Source of the DNA: Octopus bimaculoides
Taxonomy: Eukaryota
NCBI RefSeq assembly: GCF_001194135.2
Contig: NC_068996.1
Coordinates: 39,385,988 to 39,449,225 of the forward strand
Direction of reading: 5' to 3'
Length of the DNA stretch: 63,238 bases
How positions within the stretch are numbered: position 1 is the first letter of the stretch; every line of letters starts with the position of its first letter. The notes beneath the pieces are model-generated. The model saw only the letters and a program-made list of their open reading frames with translations, made no database searches and was not told the origin of the DNA. The position numbers and the translations under genes are program-made. Of the stretch, positions 10,886 through 24,240 are shown one piece after another.

Positions 10886-11440
10886 CATCGTCATCATCAT
10901 CATCATCATTTAATGTCTGCTTCCATGCTGGCATGAGTTGGACGGTTTCACTGAGCACTGGCAAGCCAGGAGGCTGCACAAAGCTCCAGTCTGATCTGGA
11001 TGCCCTTCCTAATGCCAACCACTCCAAGAGTGTAGTAGATGCTTTTTATGTGCCACCAGCACGGGGGGCAGTCAGGTGGCACTGGCATCGACCACACTCA
11101 AATGGTGCTTTTTACGTGCCACCGGCACAGAAGCCAGTCAGGCGGTACTGGTATCAACCATGCTTGAATGGTGCTTCTTACATGCCACTGACACGGGAGC
11201 CAGTCAGGTGGCACTGGCATCAAACATGCTCAAATGGTGCTTTTTTACGTGCAACTGGCACGGGTGCCAGTCAAGCGGTACTGGCATCAGCTACGACAAT
11301 GATTTCACTTGACTCAACAGGTCTTCTCAAGCACAGCATATTGCCCGACAATTGAAGGGCACTCTTAAATGGGCCAGTTATGTGACACTGGCATAGGCCA
11401 TAGCTACAATCTCACTTGGCTTGCCAGTTCTTCTCAAGCA
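10886..11440 (-). mobile_element. RTE 3' end with about four ~64-bp internal tandem units
   Basis: (CAT)n tail; units tttacgtgccaccggcacgggagccagtcaggcggtactggc...; same UTR variant as 51349-51842. Confidence 0.8.
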
Positions 11441-11569
11441 CAGCACCAGTTGAGGACTGGGGGTCGATATAATTGACTAGCTCCCTTCTCAAAAATTTTG
11501 GGCCTTATTGCTATAGTAGAAAGAATTATGATATTTACTAATTTGGTGAAGAGAACTGCCATTCCGTCA

Positions 11570-12255
11570 GCTACAATGAGGGTTCCTGTTGATCTGATTA
11601 ATGGAACAGCCTGCTCATGAAACTTAATGTGCAAGTGGCTGAGTAGTCCACAGATACATGCACCATTAACCCTTTAGTATTTCAACCAGCTATATCCAAC
11701 TGAAATATTCCACTCATTTTATGTTCAAACTGACCAGATCTAGCCTCTCACACCTACCCTACAATTCCATTGTTAAAATAAGCGATCACATCATTGAAAT
11801 GTCAAAGCTATGAGATGATGCATGATTAATTCAAAGCATTCATTCAATAAACAAGCATTACATTTGGCAGATTAATCTGAATGCTGGCCCATTCTACTTG
11901 TTTTATGTTCAAAGTAGCCAGATCCAATCTCTCACACCTATCCTACAATGTCATTCTAAAAATTAGCAATCCCATCATTGAAATCTCAAAGCTATGCGAT
12001 AATGCATGATTAATTCAAAACAAGGTTGAATAAATAAGCTTTATATTTGACAGAATGCTAAACGGTTAATAAAGTTCTCAGGGAGATTCAGCGTGACACA
12101 GAATGTGACAAGGCTGGCCCTTTGAATTACAGGTACTACTCATTTTTGCCAGCTGAGTGGACTGGAGCAACACAAAATAAAGTGTCTTGCTCAAAATCAC
12201 AATATATCACCAGGAATCAAACTCATGACTTTACGATTTTGAGCTGAAAACTCTA
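11570..12255 (-). mobile_element. tRNA-derived SINE family H interrupted by a piggyBac MITE
   Basis: Body matches 18585-18890 and 58915-59508; split at its own TTAA. Confidence 0.8.
11670..12065. mobile_element. Composite piggyBac-type MITE (family I) with TTAA TSD
   Basis: TTAA at 11666-11669 and 12066-12069; ends ccctttag / ctaaacgg; two partial units inside. Confidence 0.85.
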
Positions 12256-12752
12256 ACTGCACTATCGTAACTACTGTATCACAAACAACCATTACAGTCA
12301 CTACACCACAATTAATTAGCAGTGAAGAGAGCAGTGATAATGGGAATAGTTTGAGGTGAGTTAATTGTGCATTAAATTGTTCAATGAATTCATTGATAAT
12401 CTTGACCTTATTCAGTATCTTAGTACACTACTAAATTGCCTTAACTTATTCAGTCTGAAAGTCTTAATTTCTTTCCAGCTGGGGAGATTGTAATTACACA
12501 CTGGCTGAGCCAGAAAAATCTTCCTTAAATCATATTTGCAAATAAGGACACATTGTTTAATATATTTTCAGATAAACCTAAAAACACAGGATGGTCCTGG
12601 TTAGACAGCCTTTGATCATAGGCCTGCAGAGGTCCTGAAACATCAAGCTGTAGATCCTTTAGTACTAGGTCGCATAGAAAGATACATTTTTATATTTCAT
12701 CTCTATTTTATAAACTATTGTAGTCTGTAGAGAGTTTTTTGCATTATGTGTA

Positions 12753-12965
12753 AGGGAGAGCTTAAAAGTTCCTGGCTTAAAAGGGTATCACGAAAAGCCT
12801 GGCTGGAGGTCCAAACTTCCAAGTTCTTTTACAGGACTTAGAAAAACTGAAGGACTGCTGCAAGTGTTTGAATCTGAGAGGGGAATATGTTGAATAAAAT
12901 CATAATTTACTGATCCTCTTGTATTTTCTTTTATTCAAAGCCAGGAACTTTTCAGCATGCCCTTG
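12753..12965 (+). mobile_element. Mariner-derived MITE family F
   Basis: TIR ...aaaagttcctggc / gccaggaacttttcagca...; TA on the right flank. Confidence 0.85.
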
Positions 12966-12971
12966 TATATA

Positions 12972-13013
<42 letters not shown>

Positions 13014-13618
13014 NNNNNNNNNNNNNNNNNNNNNNNNNNNNNNNNNNNNNNNNNNNNNNNNNNNNNNNNNNNNNNNNNNNNNNNNNNNNNNNNNNNNNNN
13101 NNNNNNNNNNNNNNNNNNNNNNNNNNNNNNNNNNNNNNNNNNNNNNNNNNNNNNNNNNNNNNNNNNNNNNNNNNNNNNNNNNNNNNNNNNNNNNNNNNNN
13201 NNNNNNNNNNNNNNNNNNNNNNNNNNNNNNNNNNNNNNNNNNNNNNNNNNNNNNNNNNNNNNNNNNNNNNNNNNNNNNNNNNNNNNNNNNNNNNNNNNNN
13301 NNNNNNNNNNNNNNNNNNNNNNNNNNNNNNNNNNNNNNNNNNNNNNNNNNNNNNNNNNNNNNNNNNNNNNNNNNNNNNNNNNNNNNNNNNNNNNNNNNNN
13401 NNNNNNNNNNNNNNNNNNNNNNNNNNNNNNNNNNNNNNNNNNNNNNNNNNNNNNNNNNNNNNNNNNNNNNNNNNNNNNNNNNNNNNNNNNNNNNNNNNNN
13501 NNNNNNNNNNNNNNNNNNNNNNNNNNNNNNNNNNNNNNNNNNNNNNNNNNNNNNNNNNNNNNNNNNNNNNNNNNNNNNNNNNNNNNNNNNNNNNNATATA
13601 TAAATATATATATATGTG

Positions 13619-13649
<31 letters not shown>

Positions 13650-13805
13650 GTTTTCCTACTAAAAATGAATTTAATCCTCCAACTCTAAAAACCATTATAA
13701 AGTGCAAAAGACAACCAAAATCGATAAAAGTCTCCTAACACAAGCCTAAGTACACTATATATATACTACAGTATATGTGTGTGTGTGTGTGTGTGTGTAT
13801 CTATA

Positions 13806-14022
13806 TGAGGGTGTGCTGTAAAGTTTCTAGCTTAAAGGGTATTGTGAAAAGCCTGACAGGAGGCCCAACCTTCCAAGTTCTTTTGCAGGGCTTAGAAAAA
13901 CTGAAGGACCGCTGCAATAAGTGTATGAATCTGTGAGGGGAATATGTTGAATAAAATCATAATCAACTGATCCTTCTGCATTTTCTTTTACCCAAAGTCA
14001 GGAACTTTTCAACAGCTCCTCA
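13806..14022 (+). mobile_element. Mariner-derived MITE family F
   Basis: TA TSD 13804-13805 / 14023-14024; interior encodes GLEKLKDRCNKC...GEYVE*, a mariner C-terminus. Confidence 0.88.
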
Positions 14023-14049
14023 TATATATGTAATATGTGTGTGTGTTTA

Positions 14050-14267
14050 CAAGAGGGTGCTGAAAAATTCCTGACTTTAAGGGTGTTGCAGAAGGCTTGG
14101 TTGGAGGCCCAACCTTCTGAGTTCTTTTACAGGGCTTAGGTAAACTGAAAAACCACTGTTATAAGTGTGTGAATCTGAGAAGGGAATATGTTGAATAAAA
14201 TCATAATTAACTTATCCTCCTGTATTTTCTTTTACCCAAAGCCAGGAACTTTTCAGCAGTCTACTTT
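14050..14267 (+). mobile_element. Mariner-derived MITE family F
   Basis: Same sequence family, 27 bp downstream of the previous copy. Confidence 0.88.
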
Positions 14268-15367
14268 TATGTATTATATATGTAATAATTAAGTTATATA
14301 TTGTTATGTCTTGGGAGAGTCATTACAGCAATAGTAATAACACACTCACGGGTTCATTTCTACTTCTTTATTTATTGTTAGTCAATTCGTTGAATATCTA
14401 ATCAGCTNNNNNNNNNNNNNNNNNNNNNNNNNNNNTTACCTTGCGTTTATCTTTTACCTGTTCCTTGTTTCAGTCATTGAACTGCAGCCATGCTGGGGCA
14501 CCACTTTGAATGGTTTTAATCAAACAAATTGACACCAGGATTTATTTTTCAGCCTGGTACTTATTCTGTCGAACTCTTTTGCCAAACTGCTATGTCACCT
14601 CAGATGGAAAGAAAATGAAAAGAGAGAGAGAGAGAGGGAATGAGAGATAGAGATATTGAAAAACTTTCTATTATATTTCATTTCAAAAACTCTAATCTCA
14701 TATCCACCATCTAATATTTACGGCTGACATTCATTGAGTGAAGTTGAAATTATAATCTTAAAAGACTAAAAAAAAAAAAAATTTTGCTTATAATGTTATC
14801 ACTTTTACTATTAAACCTTGGGAGAGGCATTATGCTGGTAATAAACACGTGCACTGGTTCGGTCCTTTATTTATTTATTTATTTATTTATTTTCCCAAAT
14901 ACACTATTTTAAACACCTTCTCTAAACCACGTTTGAGTTCATTCTAAATTGGAATGCTTCTTACTTTCTTGATATCTGATATTAATTAATTCAGACTCCA
15001 TTTTGGTTAACCTGCACTCTTAACAGTTTGCTTAATTTCTTCAGGTCCCTACTTCCATCTCTCTTTTGTTCCAAGGTGTCCTTTATTTAATAGCTTATTT
15101 ATTTATTTATTTATTTACAAAAAATTGCTACCTTCACCTTTTATTTGGTAGTGCCTTGTATTGATTTCCACAAATCTGTTTTTAGTGGTGTCGGTGCTAC
15201 TTGAGTTTCATTTCTATTGAAATAGATTTAGACTTTTTGTTCTTAACCATTTAGCTACTTTTTTCTCCTCTAGTAAAGGCAAAGTCGATTTGGTTTTTGG
15301 TTTGTAAGTAATTGAAAGCAAGTTGTTAGCTGGATTTTTTTTTTAAAGTTTGCATGACAAGTATTAA

Positions 15368-15575
15368 CCCTTTAGCATTTAATCTGGCAATGTCCAACAC
15401 AAATATTTTAACTTGTTTTATGTTAAAACTGATCAGATCCTACCCTATAATGTCAGTTTAAAAATATACAAACACACCATTGAAATCATGAAGCTATGAG
15501 ATAACGCTTGGTTAATTCAAAACAATGTGAATAAATAAGCATTACATTTGACAAAGAAATCTGAATGCTAAAGGG
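15368..15575. mobile_element. piggyBac-type MITE family I, complete monomer
   Basis: TTAA-ccctttagcatt ... aatgctaaaggg-TGAA; further copy at ~17480-17698. Confidence 0.85.
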
Positions 15576-15987
15576 TGAAAGCACTTTGTCTTAGAATTCT
15601 CAGAGCCTTGTTGCACATATGTCTATCTGTAGTGTATCTCTTGTCATGACTATTGCAGATGGAGATGTCCAGTTAAGAATGTAGTTCATAGCATGATACC
15701 TTTGGTAAACATCTTCTAACGTTATGTTATGCAATACTTTGTTAGTGGAATTTGGTAAATGAAGTCCATTGTGTGTGTGTGTGTGTGTGTGTGTGTACAT
15801 ATGTGTAGGCAGAGGCATGGCTGTGTGCTAAGAATTTTGTTTCACAACCATATGGTTTCAGGTTCAATTCCACTGCATGACACTTTGGGAAAGTTTTTTT
15901 GACAATGAATTTGGTAGGGAGAAACTGAAAGAAGCCTGTTGCATGAATATGTGTGCATGTGTTTGTGTCTGTATTACATATATATCT

Positions 15988-17200
15988 ATCGTCGTCGTCG
16001 TCGTTTAACGTCCGCTTTCCATGCTAGCATGGGTTGGACGATTTGACTGAGGACTGGCAAGCCAGAAGGCTGCACCAGGCTCCAATCTGATCTGGCAGAG
16101 TTTCTACAGCTGGATGCCCTTCCTAACGCCAACCACTCCGAGAATGTAGTGGGTGCTTTTACATGCCACCGGCACGAGGGCCAGTCACACAGCACTGGCA
16201 ACGGCCACACTCAAAAAGGTGTTTTTTACATGCCACCTGCACGGGAGCCAGTCCAGCGGCACTGGCAACGACCTCGCTCGAATGATTTTCTAATGTGCCA
16301 TTAGCACAAGTGCTAGAAGGCGACGCTGGTAACGATTATGCTCAAATGGTGCTATTTATGGGCCACTGGCACGGAAACCAGACAGCTGCTCTGGACAGTG
16401 CTGTTAGTGCTCTACTGGTGCAGGTGCCAATTATCGAGTATGGCTCAATTACGATTTCGATTTCACTTTCCCCAACAGGTCTTCACAAGCAGAGTTTAGT
16501 GTCCAATGAAGGAGAGGTTGGCATGGGTGCCAGTTGTTGGATTCGGTTCGATTTCAATTTCAGATTTCAAATTTCAAATTCCAAATTCACTTGCCTCAAC
16601 AGGTCTTTGCAAACAGGGTTTTTAGTGTCCAATGAAGTACAGATACGGATTTGTGAGCTGGCTACACTTCTGGCAGAGATCACAGATTATGCTCTCACTT
16701 GGCTTGCTGGGTCTTCTCACGTACTGCATATTTCCAAAGGTCCCGGTCATTGGTCATTGCCTCGGTGAGGCCTAAAGTTCGAAGGTCGTGCTTCACCACC
16801 TCATCCCAGGTCTTCCTGGGTCTACCTCTTCCACAGGTTCCCTCAACTNNNNNNNNNNNNNNNNNNNNNNNNNNNNNNNNNNNNNNNNNNNNNNNNNNNN
16901 NNNNNNNNNNAACTGCTAGGGTGTGGCACTTTTTCACACAGCTATCCTCGTCCATTCTCGACCACATGTCCATACCAGCGCAATCGTCTCTCTTGCACAC
17001 CACAACTGATGCTTCTTAGGTTCAACTTTTCTCTCAAGGCACTTACACTCTGACGGGTATGCACACTGACATTACACATCCATCGGAGCATACTGGCTTC
17101 ATTTCTTGCGAGATTACGTATGTCCTCAGCAGTCATGGCCCATGTTTCACTGCCATGTAGCATGGCTGTTCGTACACATGCGTCATACAGTCTGCCTTTT
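15988..17200 (-). mobile_element. 5'-truncated RTE-clade LINE (ORF C-terminus, ~700-bp 3' UTR, (GAC)n tail)
   Basis: KGRLYDACVRTAMLHGSETW...RRLRWYGHV...GRGRPRKTWDEVVKHDL are RTE C-terminal motifs. Confidence 0.93.
16695..17200 (-). pseudogene. RTE reverse transcriptase ORF C-terminal fragment (one frameshift near 16950, internal gap)
   Basis: ORF-track pieces 16942-17163 and 16695-17003 join into one RTE C-terminal domain. Confidence 0.88.
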
Positions 17201-17282
17201 AGTTTATTTCAGGACAGTCTTTTTGTGGATTGCATTGTAAATTGTGTGTATGTATGTATGCATGCATGTATGTAAGTATGTA

Positions 17283-17323
<41 letters not shown>

Positions 17324-18104
17324 CAATATATATATGTTTGTAAGTATGTGTGTGTATTTGTATGTAAATGAGTGTATATGTATGCATGTATGTATGTGTG
17401 TGTATGTCTGTGAATGTGTGTGCATGTGTGTATGTGTGTGCATGTGCATGTGTGTGCATGTGTATGTGTGTGTGTATAACCCTTTCACATTCAAATTATT
17501 CTGTCTAACGTAATGCTTATTTATCCACATTGTTTTGAAGTAATCATGTATTATCTTGTTGTAGCCTTGAGATACAAGATACATTGTTTACTTTTAAAAT
17601 TACATTGTAGGGCAGGTGCAAGAGGTCCGATCAGGCCAGTTAGAACCTAAAGCAGGCAGAATATTTGGGCCTTATAGGGCCAGTTTACATGATAAAGTGA
17701 TGTGACAATGATTTGGCTATGTTAATTTCAGGCATGACTGTCAAGACAATCAACCTACCAGATATTGTTATCAAAGAAAGGGATGAAAGTCTACGTTCTC
17801 TGAAACAGATCTTTGTTTCTTTTCGATGAAACATTGGCCAGAGAGAAGTTAAGAAATTGCTAAAACTACAAAATCCTTGAAAAGGAAATGCATTTCATGA
17901 AAGTAAAAAACTGAAAATTTTAATTATTTTCGTGTCTTTGGTCAGTGAGAAATATTTCTTATTTGCTTCTATCTAGAAATCAAAGGAAATGACTACTATT
18001 CCCTTCAAACTTTGCCTTTGTGACCTGGACATCAATGTCTTGAAACTGACCTGTTTTCCATTACATTTCAGACAGATTCAGCACTGAGTTGCTGAAGCAG
18101 AAAT

Positions 18105-18278
18105 ATCATTATAGCAAATATTCTACTGAATACCACAGATTTGTTTGTCAGTTGCTTGATATTAACCACTTTATCCTTTGGTGGTTGACAATATGTGCAT
18201 TTTTGATGATGAGCAGGAGTAGTCGGGGGGAGCATCACAGCTATGTGTTGAGAGGGATTCTTTGGGGGTTTGAATAAA
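18105..18278 (+). repeat. Fragment of unclassified interspersed repeat G
   Basis: Homologous to the reverse complement of ~57830-57990 (ataccacagatttg...gattctttgggg). Confidence 0.7.
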
Positions 18279-18584
18279 TGTAACAAAAGCAAAGTCTGAA
18301 GGAAATATTAACCATTTTTCATACTGTCTAGGGGTTAGCATATAGGATGTAACAGTTGTTACCTAAGGATAAAGATCATGTTAGACAGTGTAATTGGAGC
18401 TTTAGTTATGTTTAAAAACAATATGAACAACAAAAACTATAATTAAAAACCTAACAAAAATCCATATAGTCTAAAAAAAATAGTCCTGCAGCATGCAGCC
18501 TAAATCCTGTCCATGATATTTTCCTTTCAATGGCACAAGTAACACAATTCATGCGACATATGTTTACTATCCAATAAAAGTATA

Positions 18585-18890
18585 GTTGGCACTCCGTCGG
18601 TTACAACGTCGAGGGTTCCAGTTGATCCAATCAACGGAACAGCCTGCTTGTGAAATTAATGTGCAAGTAGCTGAGCACTCCAAAGACACGTGTACCCTTA
18701 ACGTAGTTCTCGGGGATATTTAATGTGACACAGAGTGTGACAAGGCTGACCCTTTGAATTACAGGCACAACAGAAACAGGAAGTAAGAGTGAGAGAAAGT
18801 TGTGGTGGAAGAGTACAGCAGGGTTCGCCACCATCCCCTTGCCGGAGCCTTGTGGAGCTTTAGGTGTTTTCGCTCAATAAACACTCACAA
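18585..18890 (-). mobile_element. SINE family H variant with an alternative middle module
   Basis: 3' part shared with family H; 5' part matches 39362-39534; truncated by a gap. Confidence 0.8.
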
Positions 18891-19712
18891 NNNNNNNNNN
18901 NNNNNNNNNNNNNNNNNNNNNNNNNNNNNNNNNNNNNNNNNNNNNNNNNNNNNNNNNNNNNNNNNNNNNNNNNNNNNNNNNNNNNNNNNNNNNNNNNNNN
19001 NAATGCATAGAAAATGCAATCACTAATTCAATAATCTGGGACAACCAAACTCAATACATCCAACGCAATCACCTTCTGTTAATATAATACAACCTGAACA
19101 GTGCATACTCTATGCAATCACCACTTCAGTAAAATGACATGGCATAATATTGTTACATAATTGATACCTTCTATTGTGATATGTCACCCATACCGCCAAT
19201 CAACAAACAGCTCACGTATAATTCATATTCTGTGCAATCGTCACAGAGGACATACTGTGCATAATCCGTACTTGATGCATAATTGTTATGTCTCAATGCT
19301 ACTGCTATCTAGCACCTTCGGATGATCTCTACTCAACTGCTACACCACTGCTTCTCAACTGCTACTCAACACACCTACCACGGCCAGACTACCTCTATTT
19401 ATATGTCTTGGGTGGATCCTACTTCTTCGCCTGGGAGCGTCGACACAACAATAACGCAACACAACACAACACGGCACAATGCATTATGAAACGCATTCGC
19501 GAGTTGATGAGATAACACAACTTAGACTTGCCAGTGCCAGTGTTTTACGCAACAAATGGGTTAAACTCTAAAAATAACACCAGAAATAAAATAAAAATAA
19601 AACAAAACAAAGCAAAACAAAACAAAACAAACCTGCTGCAACAAAGTGAAACAGGTGTAGAGTAATAAACACAACTTGAATCTTGCATGAAACTATTGAA
19701 AAACATGACAAT

Positions 19713-19713
19713 A

Positions 19714-19757
<44 letters not shown>

Positions 19758-19974
19758 GACAATGATGATGATGATGATGAAGAGGATGAAGACAATGATG
19801 ATGACGACGATGATGATGATGATGATGATGAAGACAATGATGATGATGACGACGACGATGATGATGATGATGATGAAGACAATGATGATGATGACGACGA
19901 CGACGATGATGATGATGATAATGAAGACAATGATGATGGCGACGACGATGATGATGATGAAGATGATGAAGACA

Positions 19975-20013
<39 letters not shown>

Positions 20014-20020
20014 TATGATG
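19713..20020. repeat. Compound (GAT/GAC)n microsatellite with recurring gaagacaat spacer
   Basis: About 7 higher-order units; source of the poly-D/S/H/M pseudo-ORFs. Confidence 0.95.
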
Positions 20021-20332
20021 ACTGGGTCTGGTGACAATAATGACATTTGTTATCTTTAAGGTTATTGTTTTTATGCTTGTTATGAATGGGCATATTTCAC
20101 CAAGTTCTGCTTCGAAGATACTTTCTTCCAAGATTAATCCAAACGAGTGTTTCTTGTTTCTCTTTTGTCAATAAAAGAAAGTCTTTTGGAACGTTTGAAT
20201 GTCCATCTAAGTGCACTGCGGTAGGAAAGCACTACGGTAAACATGTCTTTGACATGTTTATCGTATGTGTAAATACTTTTAGCTAACAACTGTTTTTGCT
20301 TTGTTTATTACTGGCTCAATATGGCAACTTAC

Positions 20333-20391
20333 CTCTGCAGCAGGTGGAAGAAGTGCAAGGCACCGAAAACGGTAGCATTGAGTACACCTGA
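20333..20391 (-). CDS. Candidate internal exon (55 or 59 nt)
   Basis: Consensus donor CAGAG|GTAAGT at 20333/20332; long pyrimidine tract then AG at 20388-20389 or 20392-20393; GC-richer unique sequence; all frames open. Confidence 0.4.
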
Positions 20392-20452
20392 CTAGATTTT
20401 GGAAATTTTTGAAAAACACAAAAATAGATTAAAAGGAAAAGATAAAAAGATT

Positions 20453-20687
20453 AGGTGGCAAGCTGACAGAAACGTTAGCAAGCCGGGCGAAATGATAAGT
20501 GGTATTTCGTCTGTCTTTACGTTCTGAGTTCAAATTCCACCAAGGTTGACTTTGCCTTTCATCCTTTCGGCGTCGATAAATTAAGTACCAGTATGCACTG
20601 GGGTCGATGTAATCGACTTAATCCGTTTGTCTGTCCTTGTTTGTCCCCTCTGTGTTTAGCCCCTTGTGGGCGATAAAGAAATAAGAA
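20453..20687 (+). mobile_element. SINE family A, full length
   Basis: Intact head, body and gggcgataaagaaataaga tail. Confidence 0.9.
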
Positions 20688-20867
20688 AACGATAAAAAGT
20701 AGTAAAATATTGGATTCAAATTTTGGCACAAGGCTAGCAATTTCAGGGGAAGGGGTAAGTCTGTTGCATCAACCCCAGTACTCAACTGGTACTTACTTTA
20801 TTGACCTCTAAAAGGATTAAAAGCAAAGTTAACCTCAGCAAAATTTGAATTCAGAATTTTCTTTTTT

Positions 20868-21120
20868 CTTGCAAGTACTTGGTGACCCTGTCAGTGCAGG
20901 TGTCACTGTGAAGTGGTTGGCATTTGGAAGGGCATCCAGCTGTAAAAAACCTAGTCAAAACTGACCTCACCTGTGCTTGTGCCACATAAAAAGCACCAAG
21001 TCTGCTCAGCTGTAAAAATCCTGCCAAAACAGTCACAGAAGTCTGGTTCAGGCCTTCTGCCTGGCCGGCTCTTGTCAAACCATCTCACCCATGCTGGCAC
21101 GGAAGGCGGATGATGATTAT
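20868..21120 (+). mobile_element. RTE 3' end with (GAT)n tail
   Basis: ggaagggcatccagctgt...aaaccatctcacccatgctggca...gatgat. Confidence 0.75.
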
Positions 21121-21889
21121 GATGACGATGACGACGATGGTAACAGTGATGATGAGGATGATGACAGTGACGACGACGATGATGATGATTATAAAACCTG
21201 ATGAAATGTCGCTAACCATTTTGTCCAGCATGCTAACAATTCTGCCAGCAGGCAGCCTTAAAAAAAAAAAGCTAATAAAATATTACAGTTAAATAAGCAG
21301 GTACACGTATAACAACAATGGAAACACAAATGCAATGGCAATAACAGAAATGCCTCCAGCAAGACCATTTTGTTCTTTCCATATTTTGTAGATCATGTGG
21401 AGCTATTCAATGTCAGCTTGTTGAAGGAAAAGCTGATGGTACAGAGGAAGAACATCACAAAATATAGCCTCTTTTCCTGATGAAGAGCATCCAGTTGTAG
21501 AAACCTTGCCAAATCAGATTGGAATCTGGTGCAGCTCCCTGGCGTACCAATTTTCAGTTAAACCTTCCAGCCCATGACAGTATGGAAAGCAGACGTTAAA
21601 TGATGATGAAGATGATGGTGAAATCCACTCACGAGGCTTTGGTTGGCCCAAGGCTATAATAGAAGATACTTGCCCAAGGTGCCATGCAGTGGGAATGAAC
21701 CCACAACCATGGGTAGCAAACTTCCTATCACACAGCCACACCTGTGCCTGTATTCTTGCAGTCATTACTTCTTTTGTTAATACTGTATACCGTTTGTTCT
21801 TCCTTCCTTTTTTAAAAAATCATTCCATTCTATGTTAATTCTTTAAGTCAGTCTTCATATTGTCTCCCTCATCCATTGCCCTTGTGGCA

Positions 21890-21892
21890 AAT

Positions 21893-21935
<43 letters not shown>

Positions 21936-22432
21936 TATTATCATCATCATCATCATCATCATCACCATAACCGTTATTGTTGTCGTTGTTATAATGAAAC
22001 TCATTCAACAGATTTTAATAAAAGTTCAATTTCTTCTTCTTCTTCTTCTTCTTCTTCTTCTTCTTCTTCTTCTTCTTCTTCTTCTTCTCCTTCTCCTTCT
22101 CCTTCTCCCCCCCCCCCTTTTGGTGCTAATTTATGGGTACAAATTTGGACTTTCTGAGATACAATTCTAATACAGAATCAATCAGGTAGTTTGATCTTTC
22201 AAGAACCATGTAAATGAATTTGACCTAGTTTTTGAATTTTCTTTTTCTTTTCTTTTTTTTTCTTTTTTGGTTCTGGCTCACGAAATAAAGGTGTTATGCT
22301 ATGACAATTTTATAATTATTCTCTATCTATTCCACAATTTCAATACCTCTTTCACTTGCTTCCATCTTCTCTTGGTATTTTTTTTTCCCCCAATTTTCTT
22401 TTCTTTACTTTCACTCACTTTCTCTTTCTTTT

Positions 22433-22475
<43 letters not shown>

Positions 22476-22818
22476 CAATATCTCTTTACTGTTCCTTCCT
22501 TTCTTGTCTTTCTCTTCCATTTCCTCCTCTGTTTCTCTCCAATTCTGTTATACATTCAAAAACACACACACACACAATTCAAATGCACACAATATATGCA
22601 CATACACACACGTGTGTGCGCACAATACAAACACACAATATGCATGCTACAAATGCACACAATACCCATGCACACACACACATGCACACACACACACATA
22701 CACACATAATAAAAATACACAATTCAAACACACACAATATACACACATACACCCGATACAAACACACACACACACTATGCAATTACACATAGACACACAA
22801 TACATACGTGCACACACA

Positions 22819-22852
<34 letters not shown>

Positions 22853-23367
22853 ACAAACACACACAATACACATGTACAAAATACACACACACACACACAC
22901 TATCCATCTCTGTTTTTTCTTAATTTTTTTCCTTTTCTTTTCTTTTTTTTTTCTCTTTTAGTTGCAACACTATTCCATTTAAAAGGGGAGAATGAAAGAA
23001 TTGGCAAAACAAAGCAGAGCAGCAGACAAAAAAACAAAAAAAAAACAAAGAAGAAACAACAAAAAAACAGAAAGAAAAAATTCGACCTGTCATATTTTTA
23101 GTCTTATCTCTTTTTGTTCTGGGTTCAAATCGCATCAGAGTAAACTTTACATTCCATTCACCTCCCGGAATCAATAAAACAATGACAATGACAGTGGAAG
23201 TGGTGGCGGTGTTGGTGTTGTTGGTGTTGTTGTTGGAAGTAGTGGTGCTGACTGTGGTGGAGGTGGTGGCAGCAGCGGTTGAGGTGGCAGTAAAAGAATT
23301 GTGCCCATCACCAAAATTTCTGGTTATCATAGAAATCAATATTCCATTTATTCTTGTGTGTGTATGA

Positions 23368-23398
<31 letters not shown>

Positions 23399-23839
23399 CG
23401 TGTGTGTGTGTGCGTGTGCGTGTGTATTTGTGTGTGCGAGTGTGCATTTGTATGCATGTATGTGTATGTATGTGTGTGTATGCATGTGTCTGTGTGTGTG
23501 CACACATATGTGCCTTTGTGTGTGTGTGTGTGTATCTGTTTGTGAGTGTCTGTGCATGTATTGGTATGTGTGTGTGTGTGTGTGTGTGTGTGTATAGAAG
23601 AAGAAAATTAAAATAATAACAATTACCACAAGACAACAACAACAACAGCAATAACAACAAGAAACGAAGAAAGAAACAAACACCCACTGTATATCAGGGT
23701 GGGCTGATTTTTACATTTTAATTTTCATGAAAATTTAAAAGAAAACAATAAATAAATAAATAACACTAAAAAACAAAGAAAGCTCATATACATACATACA
23801 CATATATACAAACATACATACAAACATACATGCACACAT

Positions 23840-23874
<35 letters not shown>

Positions 23875-23997
23875 TATATGTTGTAGTGCACCTGAGCACT
23901 ATACGCAATAATTTCATTATTATTATATTATTACACACACACACATATGTACATATGTGTATGTACATATATTATTTGTGTATATGTATGAGTGTGT

Positions 23998-24047
<50 letters not shown>

Positions 24048-24209
24048 TTCTTATTGAACACTTGTAACTCCGAGTAATAGCTATTAAAGTTTCCACCTTC
24101 CAATAAATACGATAAAACTATAATAATTCATATTGAAATATGCCCTCTGCTACTTCTTGCTTGCACAATTCTTCTATTCTTAGTGTGTGTGTGTGTATGT
24201 ATATGTGTG

Positions 24210-24240
<31 letters not shown>

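Noticed and set aside
10933-11355. 140-aa ORF with repeated units
   Set aside because: Antisense reading of RTE 3' UTR tandem repeats.
12919-13707. Long X-rich ORFs (also at 27.5, 30.6, 32.8, 34.3, 39.3 and 49.3 kb)
   Set aside because: Artefacts of N gaps.
16295-16768. 157-aa plus-strand ORF
   Set aside because: Antisense to the RTE 3' UTR and ORF end.
19568-20131. Poly-Ser/Asp/His/Met ORFs up to 187 aa
   Set aside because: Translation of a (GAT)n microsatellite that is open in several frames on both strands.
21383-21480. Good plus-strand acceptor at ~21402
   Set aside because: No convincing donor; frames close quickly and run into an RTE tail.
21475-21510. ctgatgaagagc resembling an HHR start
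   Set aside because: Continues as the RTE gggcatccagctgtagaaac motif; no helix II partner.
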